A DNA stretch of 64,000 nt from Octopus bimaculoides (lineage: Eukaryota): assembly GCF_001194135.2 (NCBI RefSeq), contig NC_068983.1:163088760-163152759 (forward strand). Reading direction: 5' to 3'. The position numbers were made by a program, and so were the translations under genes. Shown piece after piece: positions 48,811-60,650 of this stretch (the stretch's first letter is position 1; every line of letters begins with the position of its first letter). Under the pieces are notes generated by a model. It was not told the origin of the DNA. It made no database searches and saw nothing but the letters and a program-made list of their open reading frames with translations.

Positions 48811-49274
48811 GTGATCAAATTGATTATATATCGTTTTAGAAACCATTGAAACAATAACAATATATATATATTTTTCTGTTTCTGTTGGAAATTAGGGTCT
48901 ATTTTGATGACACTTCATCGGAATTAAGGTTGTAAAAGAAAACATTATCTATCGATAGCTATCGATGTAAAATACTTCATGCAAACACATGACGAAAAGC
49001 CAAGTTATTTGCGCTTTTTCGCGATGTATTTGTATCGAGTGAAATACATAAATGGCTATATAAAGCTAATACTGCTTCACTTGCACATTACGAATATATA
49101 TTCAGCCGGCTGGATAATTTCAACTTCAATGATTTTCCAATCACTGATTTCGCCAATTAGAGACGATGGTGTTTGTCAGAGCATGCATTTGTCAGCAGGT
49201 ACATGTTGCTGACGAACCATAAAAGTGCGCGTTTCACTGAAATCTTTGTCAAACCACTGTCAGCAACATTCTTC

Positions 49275-49322
<48 letters not shown>

Positions 49323-50399
49323 TAGTTTTAGGGAAAATAACCAATTTTCAAGAACTCATTTAATTTTAATTTTTTATAAATTGATTTTAATTGAGTTTTT
49401 ACCTGTAATTTTGGATTTTGTCCCTAATATTATTATTATTATTATTATTATTATTANNNNNNNNNNNNNNNNNNNNNNNNNNNNNNNNNNNNNNNNNNNN
49501 NNNNNNNNNNNNNNNNNNNNNNNNNNNNNNNNNNNNNNNNNNNNNNNNNNNNNNNNNNNNNNNNNNNNNNNNNNNNNNNNNNNNNNNNNNNNNNNNNNNN
49601 NNNNNNNNNNNNNNNNNNNNNNNNNNNNNNNNNNNNNNNNNNNNNNNNNNNNNNNNNNNNNNNNNNNNNNNNNNNNNNNNNNNNNNNNNNNNNNNNNNNN
49701 NNNNNNNNNNNNNNNNNNNNNNNNNNNNNNNNNNNNNNNNNNNNNNNNNNNNNNNNNNNNNNNNNNNNNNNNNNNNNNNNNNNNNNNNNNNNNNNNNNNN
49801 NNNNNNNNNNNNNNNNNNNNNNNNNNNNNNNNNNNNNNNNNNNNNNNNNNNNNNNNNNNNNNNNNNNNNNNNNNNNNNNNNNNNNNNNNNNNNNNNNNNN
49901 NNNNNNNNNNNNNNNNNNNNNNNNNNNNNNNNNNNNNNNNNNNNNNNNNNNNNNNNNNNNNNNNNNNNNNNNNNNNNNNNNNNNNNNNNNNNNNNNNNNN
50001 NNNNNNNNNNNNNNNNNNNNNNNNNNNNNNNNNNNNNNNNNNNNNNNNNNNNNNNNNNNNNNNNNNNNNNNNNNNNNNNNNNNNNNNNNNNNNNNNNNNN
50101 NNNNNNNNNNNNNNNNNNNNNNNNNNNNNNNNNNNNNNNNNNNNNNNNNNNNNNNNNNNNNNNNNNNNNNNNNNNNNNNNNNNNNNNNNNNNNNNNNNNN
50201 NNNNNNNNNNNNNNNNNNNNNNNNNNNNNNNNNNNNNNNNNNNNNNNNNNNNNNNNNNNNNNNNNNNNNNNNNNNNNNNNNNNNNNNNNNNNNNNNNNNN
50301 NNNNNNNNNNNNNNNNNNNNNNNNNNNNNNNNNNNNNNNNNNNNNNNNNNNNNNNNNNNNNTATATACATGCTCACTATTTAAATGGCAGTAAATGCAT

Positions 50400-51633
50400 T
50401 GTTTATTAATTTAGAAACAAGCTAGATTGTTGAATGCAGTAATGGATAAATGCATATTTGCAAATGTGCAAACAGACGACCGCCGCTTTCCAAACACAGC
50501 CAATAACGCGGACGGATGGATTCAACAGCGTTACGAATCATTTCAATTTGGAATGACGAGACATTGCTTTTCAATTGACTATTTCAACTCATCGACTATT
50601 GTTTTGAGCCGTAAACCTTATCTTTGAGATACCCCGTCAAAAGAAGTGCATTGGAGTGAGGTCTAGCGAATGCGCAGAGAAGTGAACATTACTGCTTCGC
50701 TCAGTTCATCTTTTCGGAAAAGTTGCATAACGATGGTTATGGGAAGAGGCTTAATCTTGCTGAAAGAAAACCTCTTCGTCATCAAACAATTCTTCGACAC
50801 ATACAACGACGGATTCGTGCCGTAAGTTTAAGTAAACATCTCCAGTGGCAATTTAGTTAAAAAACCCAGAATGGCCCTTGGATGCCCAATGCTGATATCC
50901 CACACAACACTGTAACCCCTAGTAAGTTTAAACGGTGTCCATAGTACTATGCAGATTTTCAGGAGCCCAGTAAGTGCAATTGTGTCACTAAATCGAGCAA
51001 TTTACTTTAAAGCTGGCAGCATCACCCAATCGGTAAATCGAGACATTTATTTAAAGCTAGCCTCATCGCCCCAAACAATTTTGAATGGAAATGCTACATC
51101 TTCCTCACATTTGCTCCGATACTATTCACAATCTTCAGCTCTCCGGCGATCACCACCTTCCTTTAGACCGTGGATTAATGTTGGAATATAACTTTTCCGA
51201 TGAACTCGTTTCAAAATGCGATGGACTCTTGGTTTTGAGACTCCTGTCTCAAGAGCCATTTGTCGTACAGATTTCTATGGGGGCCGGCAGAAAGTGTACA
51301 GCAATTGGTTTTTCTTTGCGGGGCCGATTCATGTCCATAGTCTTCCTGAACGCTCCTTATGGACGTTACGCACAGTGTTTCATCTAATTCAAAATTATTT
51401 CGGATGCTTGCAATGGTGCGTCGCGTTGGTGGAGCTTTGGGAAAATGCCTTCTAAACGGTCTTTGCACGTCCATGATGTTTTCGTACTTCCAGTTGTTTC
51501 CGTCATGAATTTCCTTTCTTCAAAGCTTAGTCGTACTCCCGCCATTATTAGTGTCAATTTGATGTGAAAAGTAAAGAAAAATTCAATGAGTTATGAAGAG
51601 TCAAAATGTGAGTACATATTATCTAAGCCCCTG
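50400..51633 (-). mobile_element. Near full-length decayed Tc1/mariner element, DUF4817-type HTH, probably DD41D (rosa/Visitor) group
   Basis: MAGVRLSFEERKF..., VQRPFRRHFPKAPPTRRTIASI, WGDEASFK, FFQQD, DLTP..F..GYLKDKVY, ...CLESGGRLF.HL; terminus CAGGGGCTTAG with TA at 51634. Confidence 0.85.
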
Positions 51634-52467
51634 TACGTGTGCAAGCATATATGTGTGTATATATAGATGTTTATACATACATATACATATATATATATAT
51701 ATATATATTAAAAGTCAAGGTAGTACAAAATGTACCTGTTTGCTCTAAAGGAGAGTTAAAACTCTCCAAAACCACGCATCTCTCACTATATGTAAACGCG
51801 CACGGAGAATATAGCAAATATATTTAGAAATAGTCTTCCCAGTTGTAAACTTACAAATAGGAGTGTAGACATCATAGTTTCAATTGATTTCGCTTTCTGT
51901 GCCGAACCAACACTTAAAGTTCATCAACGTACATAGTAAGAGATGCGTGGTTTTGGAGTGTTTTAACTCTTCTTTCTAGCAAACAGGTGCATATTGTACC
52001 CTGACTTTTTGCATATATTTTAGATATTTGGATTATGTTTGCTGGCCACTTTATCATTATCTTTTTAAAGATAATGGTAACTTTATTTGTATTTTGAATA
52101 TATATATATATATACATATGCATATATGTGAGTGTGCGTGTGTGTGTGTGTGTGTGCATACATATTGAACATAAATGATTTATGATTTTTGACAGCGAAA
52201 AGCACACCGGTAGAATGTTACTGCTGAGGTTAATAGTATTACAAGAGATCATAAAAGATTCAAAATAAGTTATAATATTGAAATAAGTACATGACGGATT
52301 ACACGGAGATACTTTGTAAAAGACTGCATTGCAATAAGTTGACAAACGACGCAAGTCCGAAAATTATATAAAAGATTTAAGGATATGTAAAAAGTTACAC
52401 AACGCAAATGTATGTAGAAATAACTATTGCTTACATACAGAGGTGCGTACATACATACATACATACA

Positions 52468-52501
<34 letters not shown>

Positions 52502-52746
52502 CATACATACATACATACATACATACATACGTACGTACATACATACATACATACATACAGGCAGACAGACACACATACATTAATACATACATACATACAT
52601 ACATATACACATACACACATAGATACATACATATACACACGTCTATATGTATATATATGTATATGTATACACACACACACACACACATATGCATACATAC
52701 AAAAATACATATACGTATATTATTTTGCTGTTGTTTGCCGGATATG

Positions 52747-52830
<84 letters not shown>

Positions 52831-53685
52831 TATATATATATATATATATATGTATATGACTATACATACAGCAAGTAGAGAGAGAGAGGGCACAGAGAGA
52901 GAGGGAGAGAGAGAGTGAGGCTGACTCTATTCTTATAGATCTAATAGTAAATATATTATAATCTAACTTATGCGTCTTCATTTAATGTACCAAGTCTTTT
53001 CCCTCGTTTATGATATAAAACCTCACTTTTTAACTTCTTTGTGTGAGGTAATATTTTGCCAGTTATCAGTTAGGACAACATCACATTTATGAGTCCGTAA
53101 CTTACCGGAAAAAAAAAATAATAATACGTTATAATTAGAATACGTAAAAATAACCTTATGAAACTGTTGGTTCATAAAACATAGAATGTTTAATACGCAA
53201 GAACTAAATTCACTCTAACACCAGCGTCTCCAGGTACGACTACCCAGAAATACCAAAACGATGAAGTTTGCAACAATAAAAAGTAGTAGAAATAATTGAC
53301 TATCTGTTATGAGTGCGTTACGTATTTTTTCTGATATAATACATTTGATGCGTATTGTATTCTATACAGATATAATCTTGGGATAATGTAAGAATATCAT
53401 GCGGAATGAAAAGGAATGAAAACCGTAAAATATATTTTAATCATGTACTACGAAACGAGTCTGGAAACATTTTATGTTAGCAGACTACTAACAGTGTTCA
53501 TTTTTAGATGAGAGAGATATATGGAATATTTTGTATGTGCTCCATCAGCACGTCATAGAACTCTAACTGCGTGGAATCTCATGTAATTCAATAACTTGTA
53601 TCTTCATTAAGTAATTTTATTGGAATTCGTTTTTCAAAATAACTGGTAATAAGATATTGGATAAATTGGAAAATGTATGCCTCTA

Positions 53686-53754
<69 letters not shown>

Positions 53755-53795
53755 GTCAGTCAGTCTGTCTCTCTGTCTGTCTCTCTGTCTGTTTG
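53686..53795. repeat. (ATCT)n grading into (GTCT)n
   Basis: Seen directly. Confidence 0.95.
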
Positions 53796-54749
53796 TCTAT
53801 TTATCAGACGTGCTGGCGTAGGGGAATTTTTAAAAGGCCATTTCGAACGTGTTCTACCTGTCTAACCGCCTCCTCCAGCCTAAATAAGGATCTGGTTTAT
53901 TCCTTCGGTTATAAATCAGAAAAGCTATTTTGACTTCCAACGCAATGTTAGTCAAACCACCTTGTAATATATATATCGTACAGCACGTGCAATATCGCTA
54001 GTACGATCATAGCTGGGATTGATAACAACAACACCAACATTGATACCAATACATGTAACACTGCAACACCAGTAAGTCATTTACGATGACGTAAGCACTC
54101 TTCTCTTTGCATTGAAGCCGAAATCGACTTCGGTCCTGAGAAAAGGTGTTTGGTGAGCCTTCTGTCGGATATATGAAGCGGTTCAAGAAATACTAGCACA
54201 ACGATCCTTCAAAGCCAACCTGTTTTACAACAAAATCGCTTCGGCAATAAGCAACTTTCTTTGCAAAGCATAAGTAAATAAATAGATAAATAAATAAATA
54301 AAGAAAAAAAAAAGACAGGGAAGAAAGATAAAAGAAATGGATATTACTGATAAAAATTGCTATTTCAACTCGTGATGCTAATCGGTTTTCTCATAAACAA
54401 AAACAAAAAGACTCTGAGAAACCGGCCAAAATCTGCCTTTAGAGAGATCGAAAATAATGTAAACAAACCGCTGCCGCTATAATTAAGCCGCCATATTTCT
54501 CCACATGTGACTGATTCGAGAGAGACAACTATTGAATATAATCAGCTTAGGAATATTCTGAAAACAGAGTTCGTAAAAAACGTTTCCAGTTTTTCTAAGC
54601 AATCGTTGAGCAACAGGCCATTGTTAACAAGATTAATGTAAAATCCAATTGCTTTCATGTTAATGGCCATTGATGATGTTGTAGTGGAACATATGGACTC
54701 ATGTGATGTTAATTAGTGGATAATTAATATCTTCATATACGCAGCTGCT

Positions 54750-55780
54750 TTCACTCTTAAAGAACACCTAGGAGAACCATGCTGTTCATTGTTAATGAAA
54801 TCATTAAATAGAAGCAATCTACATGGAAAGCAAAACTTTTAAGAAAACATCAACAATTTGCGCTGCCATATTGGATGGCTAACCACGACAGTAAAATGTA
54901 AAGGGAATAACGAGTTCACATCTTATGCAATTACACCTTATGCAATTACACCTTATGCAAAAAATAACAAAAAATAACAAAATAACAAAACACTATTGTA
55001 ACTCTTCACTATTGTAACTCTTTAAAACACTATCTCAGGACATTGAGTAGAAATGTTATGGCAGAAATTTTCAAGAGAGCCAGTATAAATCACAGCCTTA
55101 CTTCTAATCCACAGGAGGGATTATACCAGGAGATAACGAAGTACAATATTACCATTAAGAAATACTCTTCTCAAGAAGATCACGAATCATTCTGATTAAA
55201 AAATCTGAAATGAAAAGATTTTTCTACTTTCATGTAGTGTGGTTTAATTCACTTCGGAAAGTCAATAGTAAAACATTTATAATGGACCCCGGAACTGTCA
55301 TCATAGCTGTGGGCAAACTGCATAACGGGAAGGCGCCTGGGAGAGGTCAAATAGTTAGATACTGGTACAAGAAGGGGACTTTCCTGTTGTTTTTATTTTT
55401 ACGAGAAGCCATCTTTATGTATATTCAGAAGAATTATTGAAAGCCAGATTGACATTCCAAATTCGTTTAAATTTTGTAGCCAAGAACGGAAGCACCGAGT
55501 TGAATGAAAAGTACAGGCTCACTCCTTACCTAAACATTATAAACAAGTCACCTCCGTCAATTACTCAGCATTTTAAGTCCAAATGTATGCCAGATGCACA
55601 AGCAGGTGGAAAGAAGGGAATGTGGGGATGTGTCAAACCACTTTTGATAAAGAAAAATGTAATGTTTGGAGTAAGGAACCATCACGGAAACTTTGTGACA
55701 GTATGCCTTGGTTATAGGAAAGCATTCGATTCTATTCCTCACTCATAACTGTTGAAACCTCTACATTTGACAAAGCTAAC
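54750..55780 (+). pseudogene. Decayed RLE-type (R4-like) non-LTR reverse transcriptase fragment
   Basis: AVGKLHNGKAPG..QIVRYWYKK; KYRLTPYLNIINK; AQAGGKKGMWGCVKPLLI; GYRKAFDSIPHS*L. Confidence 0.8.
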
Positions 55781-56519
55781 TACTATAACGTTGCCGCTTA
55801 AACAATATAAGGCTATCCGGAAAACAGGCTGCTCTGAGATAAATATACAGAATCCCCCTCTTATTAAATACACGCTTAAACATCAACTCAAAGAATATTG
55901 ATAGAACATTCTCATCAAAACGTCTACCAAGTGCAGACGTAATCAGCCGGATATCGTTCTTTGAGACGAACAAGAAAAAATAAGTACCATCATATAGTTC
56001 AGCAGCCCTGTCGCTATGAGAAAGTGGATAAATACGGTAAATCGGTTCGAAACCTCGAGCTTCTATATCCAGATTATAAATTCATATTTGGGCAAAAGTA
56101 GTGTTTTCTGGAAAAAGAAATCAACCAGTTAATTCGCACATTTCAATCTGTTAAAAATACACAAGAATTTTCTCAAGTTGAAAATATGACATTGTTTTTG
56201 CTATGTACATTCCGACGATGGGACTTGTGCTTTTGTTAGAAACCAGTTCCTTCCTTACAGGAAGACTTCAAAGTAATTCAAGCAGAAGAGAAAATATATA
56301 TACATACAGCAGTCTTTGTTATTAATAACAGTTGTATAAAACTATGTATATCTGCGTAGTGACGATGGGTTTCTAACTTCTGGGGTGAACATTTATTCAT
56401 GAACTATTTATTTTAGTAGCAAGCATTGGTAACAGAGCCACCCTCGTAGCAATATGAATTAATGCAGGGTTCAACATGTTGAATTAACAGAATCATTTAA
56501 GTGTCGGACAAACTATCTT

Positions 56520-56640
56520 GCTGTATATGTACCGGCATATTACGTTTTGAGTTCAAATCTCACTCCGGTGAAATTTGCTTTCCATTGTTTCTGAGTTGAT
56601 ATAACAAAGTACCAGTCAATAAATGGCATCGCTTTGATCA
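56520..56640 (+). mobile_element. Degraded SINE family B fragment
   Basis: TACGTTTTGAGTTCAAATC...TTTGCTTTCCAT...AAGTACCAGT. Confidence 0.5.
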
Positions 56641-57358
56641 GCTGCCGATTTGAGACGAAAACCGTTGTAGAGCAGGGCTCTGATCTGCATTCTCATCTGA
56701 CTGTGATGTCCAACGCTTGGAGATGTATCAGAATACATTGAATTCACTGACATTACATCAACATTATCTCGTTTATTATTGACAAAACCCCACATCGTAG
56801 CATTCATTCACGCATACACGTTCTGTTTCTAAAAAACTGACTCTTCTAAAAAGGATAACGTAAAGAAAAGCAATGGCTGACATCCAGCATAAAGCATTTC
56901 AAGTATTTCACTTGTGGAACTTAGTTATAGACGATCTTAGGTTTTTAAAGATTTACAAAAGTTTACGACGAGAGCAATTCATTATATTGCGACGTGGTGC
57001 AAAGGTTTTTTATATCGACAGATTATTAGTAGAATTCAAAAGCTCTTGTCTGTTGAAGTTAACTTCTGCGTGAGTCAGAAGTAAGCGGAAATTATGAATT
57101 GGTTGTGGTGATTAATTAAAGGAACGGATGACGGTGGTTACGCATTTCTATTCTGAAGTAGTTTTCACGAGATGCTAGTAGAAATACATACATACACGCA
57201 CATATAACGCACACATAGGTATATATAATTACAAACATACATACATGCTTACATACATATACATACAGACGTACACATAGGCATATGTACACGCTCACAT
57301 ACACGTACATACATATAAATATACACAATACATATATGTATACAAATATATATACATG

Positions 57359-57411
<53 letters not shown>

Positions 57412-57432
57412 CTATATTTATATGTACGCATA

Positions 57433-57492
<60 letters not shown>

Positions 57493-58141
57493 TATATACG
57501 TACATACATATATACATAGAGATATATCTGTGTGTGTATGTGTATTTTACTTCTATGTTGACGAACACTCAAAGCATACATACATTTTCAACACTGAAAT
57601 ATCCTAACAACAAAAATCAGGAAATTAAAATATTTGTATGGTTTATAATATAGGATTATACTTACACATATCTCATCGTATTAACATAAAATCAAAAAAA
57701 GCACATTAAGAAAATCCCCCCCCAAAAAACCCCAGAAAGATAGAGAGAAAAAAAAAATAAAGCTGTAATATTTTGTTGTATCAAATCTTACATCACCGGT
57801 TTCCTGTTGGAAAACATTACTTAATATTATAAAAGAATGATAGAGACGAAGAGTTAGAAATACGGCGAAGAGAATTACTTTATCATTTTATCAGACTTTT
57901 CAAATAATATTAATGCGCAGTTATACAAAATGCTTTATTATATAATGAAAGGAATTATATCTTCATCATTATCCCTTTTATTTGTTATAGGATTTCATCT
58001 GTCGATAACTGTCGTGCAAACTATGGAATATGTAATTAGTATCAGTGATTCTTGAATTGTGTGAATAATTAGCAATCGTGGAAGAATCTGTTAAGTTGTT
58101 TTTACGAGAATTACTTGTGTAAATCCAATACTATTTTGTGT

Positions 58142-58260
58142 TGAGGCGGCGAACTGGCAGAGTCGTTAGCTCGTCTTACAAAATGCTTAACGTCGTGTAT
58201 TCCGACCATTTGTCTGCTGACCCCAAATCTTGCTGATGTTGACTTTGCTTTTCATCCTTT
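58142..58260 (+). mobile_element. SINE family B, 5' part
   Basis: AGGCGGCGAACTGGCAGA.TCGTTAGC...GACTTTGCTTTTCATCCTTT. Confidence 0.7.
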
Positions 58261-58402
58261 AGGCACAAGGCAGCAAATTCAGGGGAGGGGTTAAGTCAAT
58301 TGCATCGACCCCAGTGCGTAACTGGTACTTAATTTATCGACCTTGGCGGAATTTGAAATCAGAACGTAAAGACGGACGAAATGCCGCTAAGCATTTTGAC
58401 CG
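58260..58402 (-). mobile_element. SINE family B (internally deleted)
   Basis: CGACCCCAGTGCGTAACTGGTAC...GAATTTGAAATCAGAACGTAAAGACGGACG. Confidence 0.8.
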
Positions 58403-58582
58403 TTTACTTGTTTCAGCCATTAGAGTGTGTCCACGGTGGGACACCGGCTTGAAGAATTTTAGTCGAATTTATCGGCCACCTGTACTTATTCTGTTGGTTC
58501 TTTTGCCGAAGCGCTAAGTTACGAGGACGTAAACACCGGTTGTCAAGACAGAAACACACACACGCGCACACACACATACATG

Positions 58583-58619
<37 letters not shown>

Positions 58620-59065
58620 NNNNNNNNNNNNNNNNNNNNNNNNNNNNNNNNNNNNNNNNNNNNNNNNNNNNNNNNTATATATATACGAGGGGGTGCTGAA
58701 AAGTTCGTGGCTTTAAGAGTATCGCGAAAGACCTGTTTGGAAGCCTAAACTTCCGAGTTCTGTCATATGGCTTAGAAGAAATAAAAGATCGCTGCAATAA
58801 GTGTGTCAATCTGAGAGGGGAATATGTTGAATAAGATCATAACTGATCCTCCTGACTTTGCTTTTATCCCAAACCCGGGAACGTTTCAGTACCCCGTAGT
58901 GTATTTACGATAGGTTTCTTTCAGTTTCCATCTACCAAATCTATTCACAAGTCCTTGGTCGGTCCGTGGCTGTAGTAGAGGACACTTGCTCAAGGCGCCA
59001 CACAATGGGACTTCACCCGGAACCGTGTGGTTGGGAAGCAAACTTCTTACCACACAGCCATGCTA
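58403..59065 (-). mobile_element. SINE family C split by a mariner MITE inside its TA tract
   Basis: 3' half at 58403-58556; 5' half at 58900-59065. Confidence 0.8.
58686..58896 (+). mobile_element. mariner-derived MITE / deletion derivative with TA TSD
   Basis: TA|CGAGGGGGTGCTGAAAAGTTC ... GAACGTTTCAGTACCCCG|TA; internal RCNKCVNLRGEYVE* is the mariner C-terminus. Confidence 0.85.
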
Positions 59066-59488
59066 CATAAAATTCTTGAGCATCTGGGAGAAACAATTAT
59101 TCTTAATATTGATAAATACAAACATGATTAAAGAAACAAAAATAACAGATGTTTCTATATCTTTAAATCAACATGGTAACTGCGCCAGTAATTCCTAGTC
59201 TGATTGCCAGTGCTCCACAAAATTAAAAAAAAAAAAAAAATTGAGAATCTCTGTTACTGGTTACATATTGGAATTAGTGACGTCATACACTGAAAATGAT
59301 TCATTTATTGAAAATTGTATTGATTTAACTAAAGCTCCTTCGGTGCGGATCGTTGGACTCTGCAACGCATAAACACACATGTAAGCACGTGGTCACATAT
59401 TCTTGTGTAACTTACATATCATTTAGACTCGCCTACGCATTATATACATACATACACACACGCGCGTGCACAGTCACACACTCGTACA

Positions 59489-59586
<98 letters not shown>

Positions 59587-59783
59587 TCACAGTATTGAGC
59601 AGATTATCGGATGTTGCTATACAGCGCTCATCACAATGCACTTCGCATCGTTTTAGTTTTCGAATGATATCCTCTCGATAGAATGATATCCTACCTGTTG
59701 GCAGGTAGGCTAACATTTCCCCTTGATCAAGAAGGTAGTCCATTACAGTTTTACTCATTTACAGATGACTATATATATATATA

Positions 59784-60132
59784 TGGCAACACCAGGCTCC
59801 AATCTAAATTTGGCAGAGTTTCTACAGCTGGATGCCCTTCCTAACGCCAACCACTCAGAGAGTGTAGTAGGTGCTTTTACGTGTCACCTGCACGAAGGCC
59901 AGTCAGGCGATACTGGCAACGGCCACGCTCGAAATGGTGTCTTTTATGTGCCACCCGCACAAGCCAGTCCAGGGGCACTGGCAACGATCTCGCTCGAAAA
60001 TCCTACGGAAGCCAGTCAGGCGGTACTGGCAACGGCCACACTCAAAATGGTGCATCTTATGTGCCACCCGCACAAGAGCCAGTCCAGGGGCACTGGCAAC
60101 GATCTTACTTGGCTTGCCGGGTCTTCTCACGC
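59784..60132. mobile_element. RTE-associated short repeat with an internal ~113-bp tandem duplication
   Basis: GGATGCCCTTCCTAACGCCAACCAC motif; duplicated GCCAGTCAGGCG.TACTGGCAACGGCCAC...GGGGCACTGGCAACGATCT. Confidence 0.6.
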
Positions 60133-60149
60133 ATGTATATATATGTTCT

Positions 60150-60332
60150 TTTCTTTATTTGTGAATTAAGGCTACCATTGGTTTCATGTAAAAGAAGTAT
60201 CTTAACAATTTTTCAAGCCGATCACACAGAGAAAGATGTTCGCCTCCATTTTGGAAAAAAATCTCGTTTTCTTCAACTCCTACTCTTCCTAAGATAAAAA
60301 CCGATGGTAGCCTTAATTCACAAATAAAGAAA
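60150..60332. mobile_element. 183-bp MITE-like element with 35-bp terminal inverted repeats
   Basis: 60150-60184 versus 60298-60332, one mismatch. Confidence 0.8.
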
Positions 60333-60389
60333 TTATTTATCCACCAATGCGGTGTTGAGCGCTCATTCCAACGTTCTGTTTTAAGTTAT

Positions 60390-60650
60390 GATTTGGTAGA
60401 CGGAAACTGAAAGAAGCCCGTGGTATATATATATATATGTATGTATTTGTGTATCTGTGTTTTTTCCTCCACCGTCGCTTGACAACCGATGTTGATGTGT
60501 TTACGTCCCCGTAACTTAGCGATTCGGTAAAAGAACCGATAGAATAAGTACTAGGCTTACAAAGAATAAGTTTTGGGGTCGATTTGACTGACGAAAAGGC
60601 AGTGCTCCAGCATGGCCACAGTCAAATTACTGAAACCAGTAAAAGAATAA
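60390..60650 (+). mobile_element. SINE family C lacking its head
   Basis: GATTTGGTAGACGGAAACTGAAAGAAGCCCG...GCTCCAGCATGGCCACAGTCAAA. Confidence 0.87.

Noticed and set aside
52270-52981. HT/YI/CV/MYVC-repeat ORFs here and at 16.4, 24.7, 29.0, 30.9, 46.3, 57.1 and 59.4 kb
   Set aside because: They are translations of CA/TA/ACAT microsatellites with no coding signal.
53800-54110. Possible exons ([18 protein letters not shown], and a hydrophobic minus-strand frame)
   Set aside because: No recognisable homology, weak or inconsistent splice signals, and a polypyrimidine tract supplied by a microsatellite.
59584-59758. Protein-like minus-strand ORF (MDYLLDQGEML...)
   Set aside because: About 60 codons of unique sequence running into a TG repeat, with no motif or credible acceptor.
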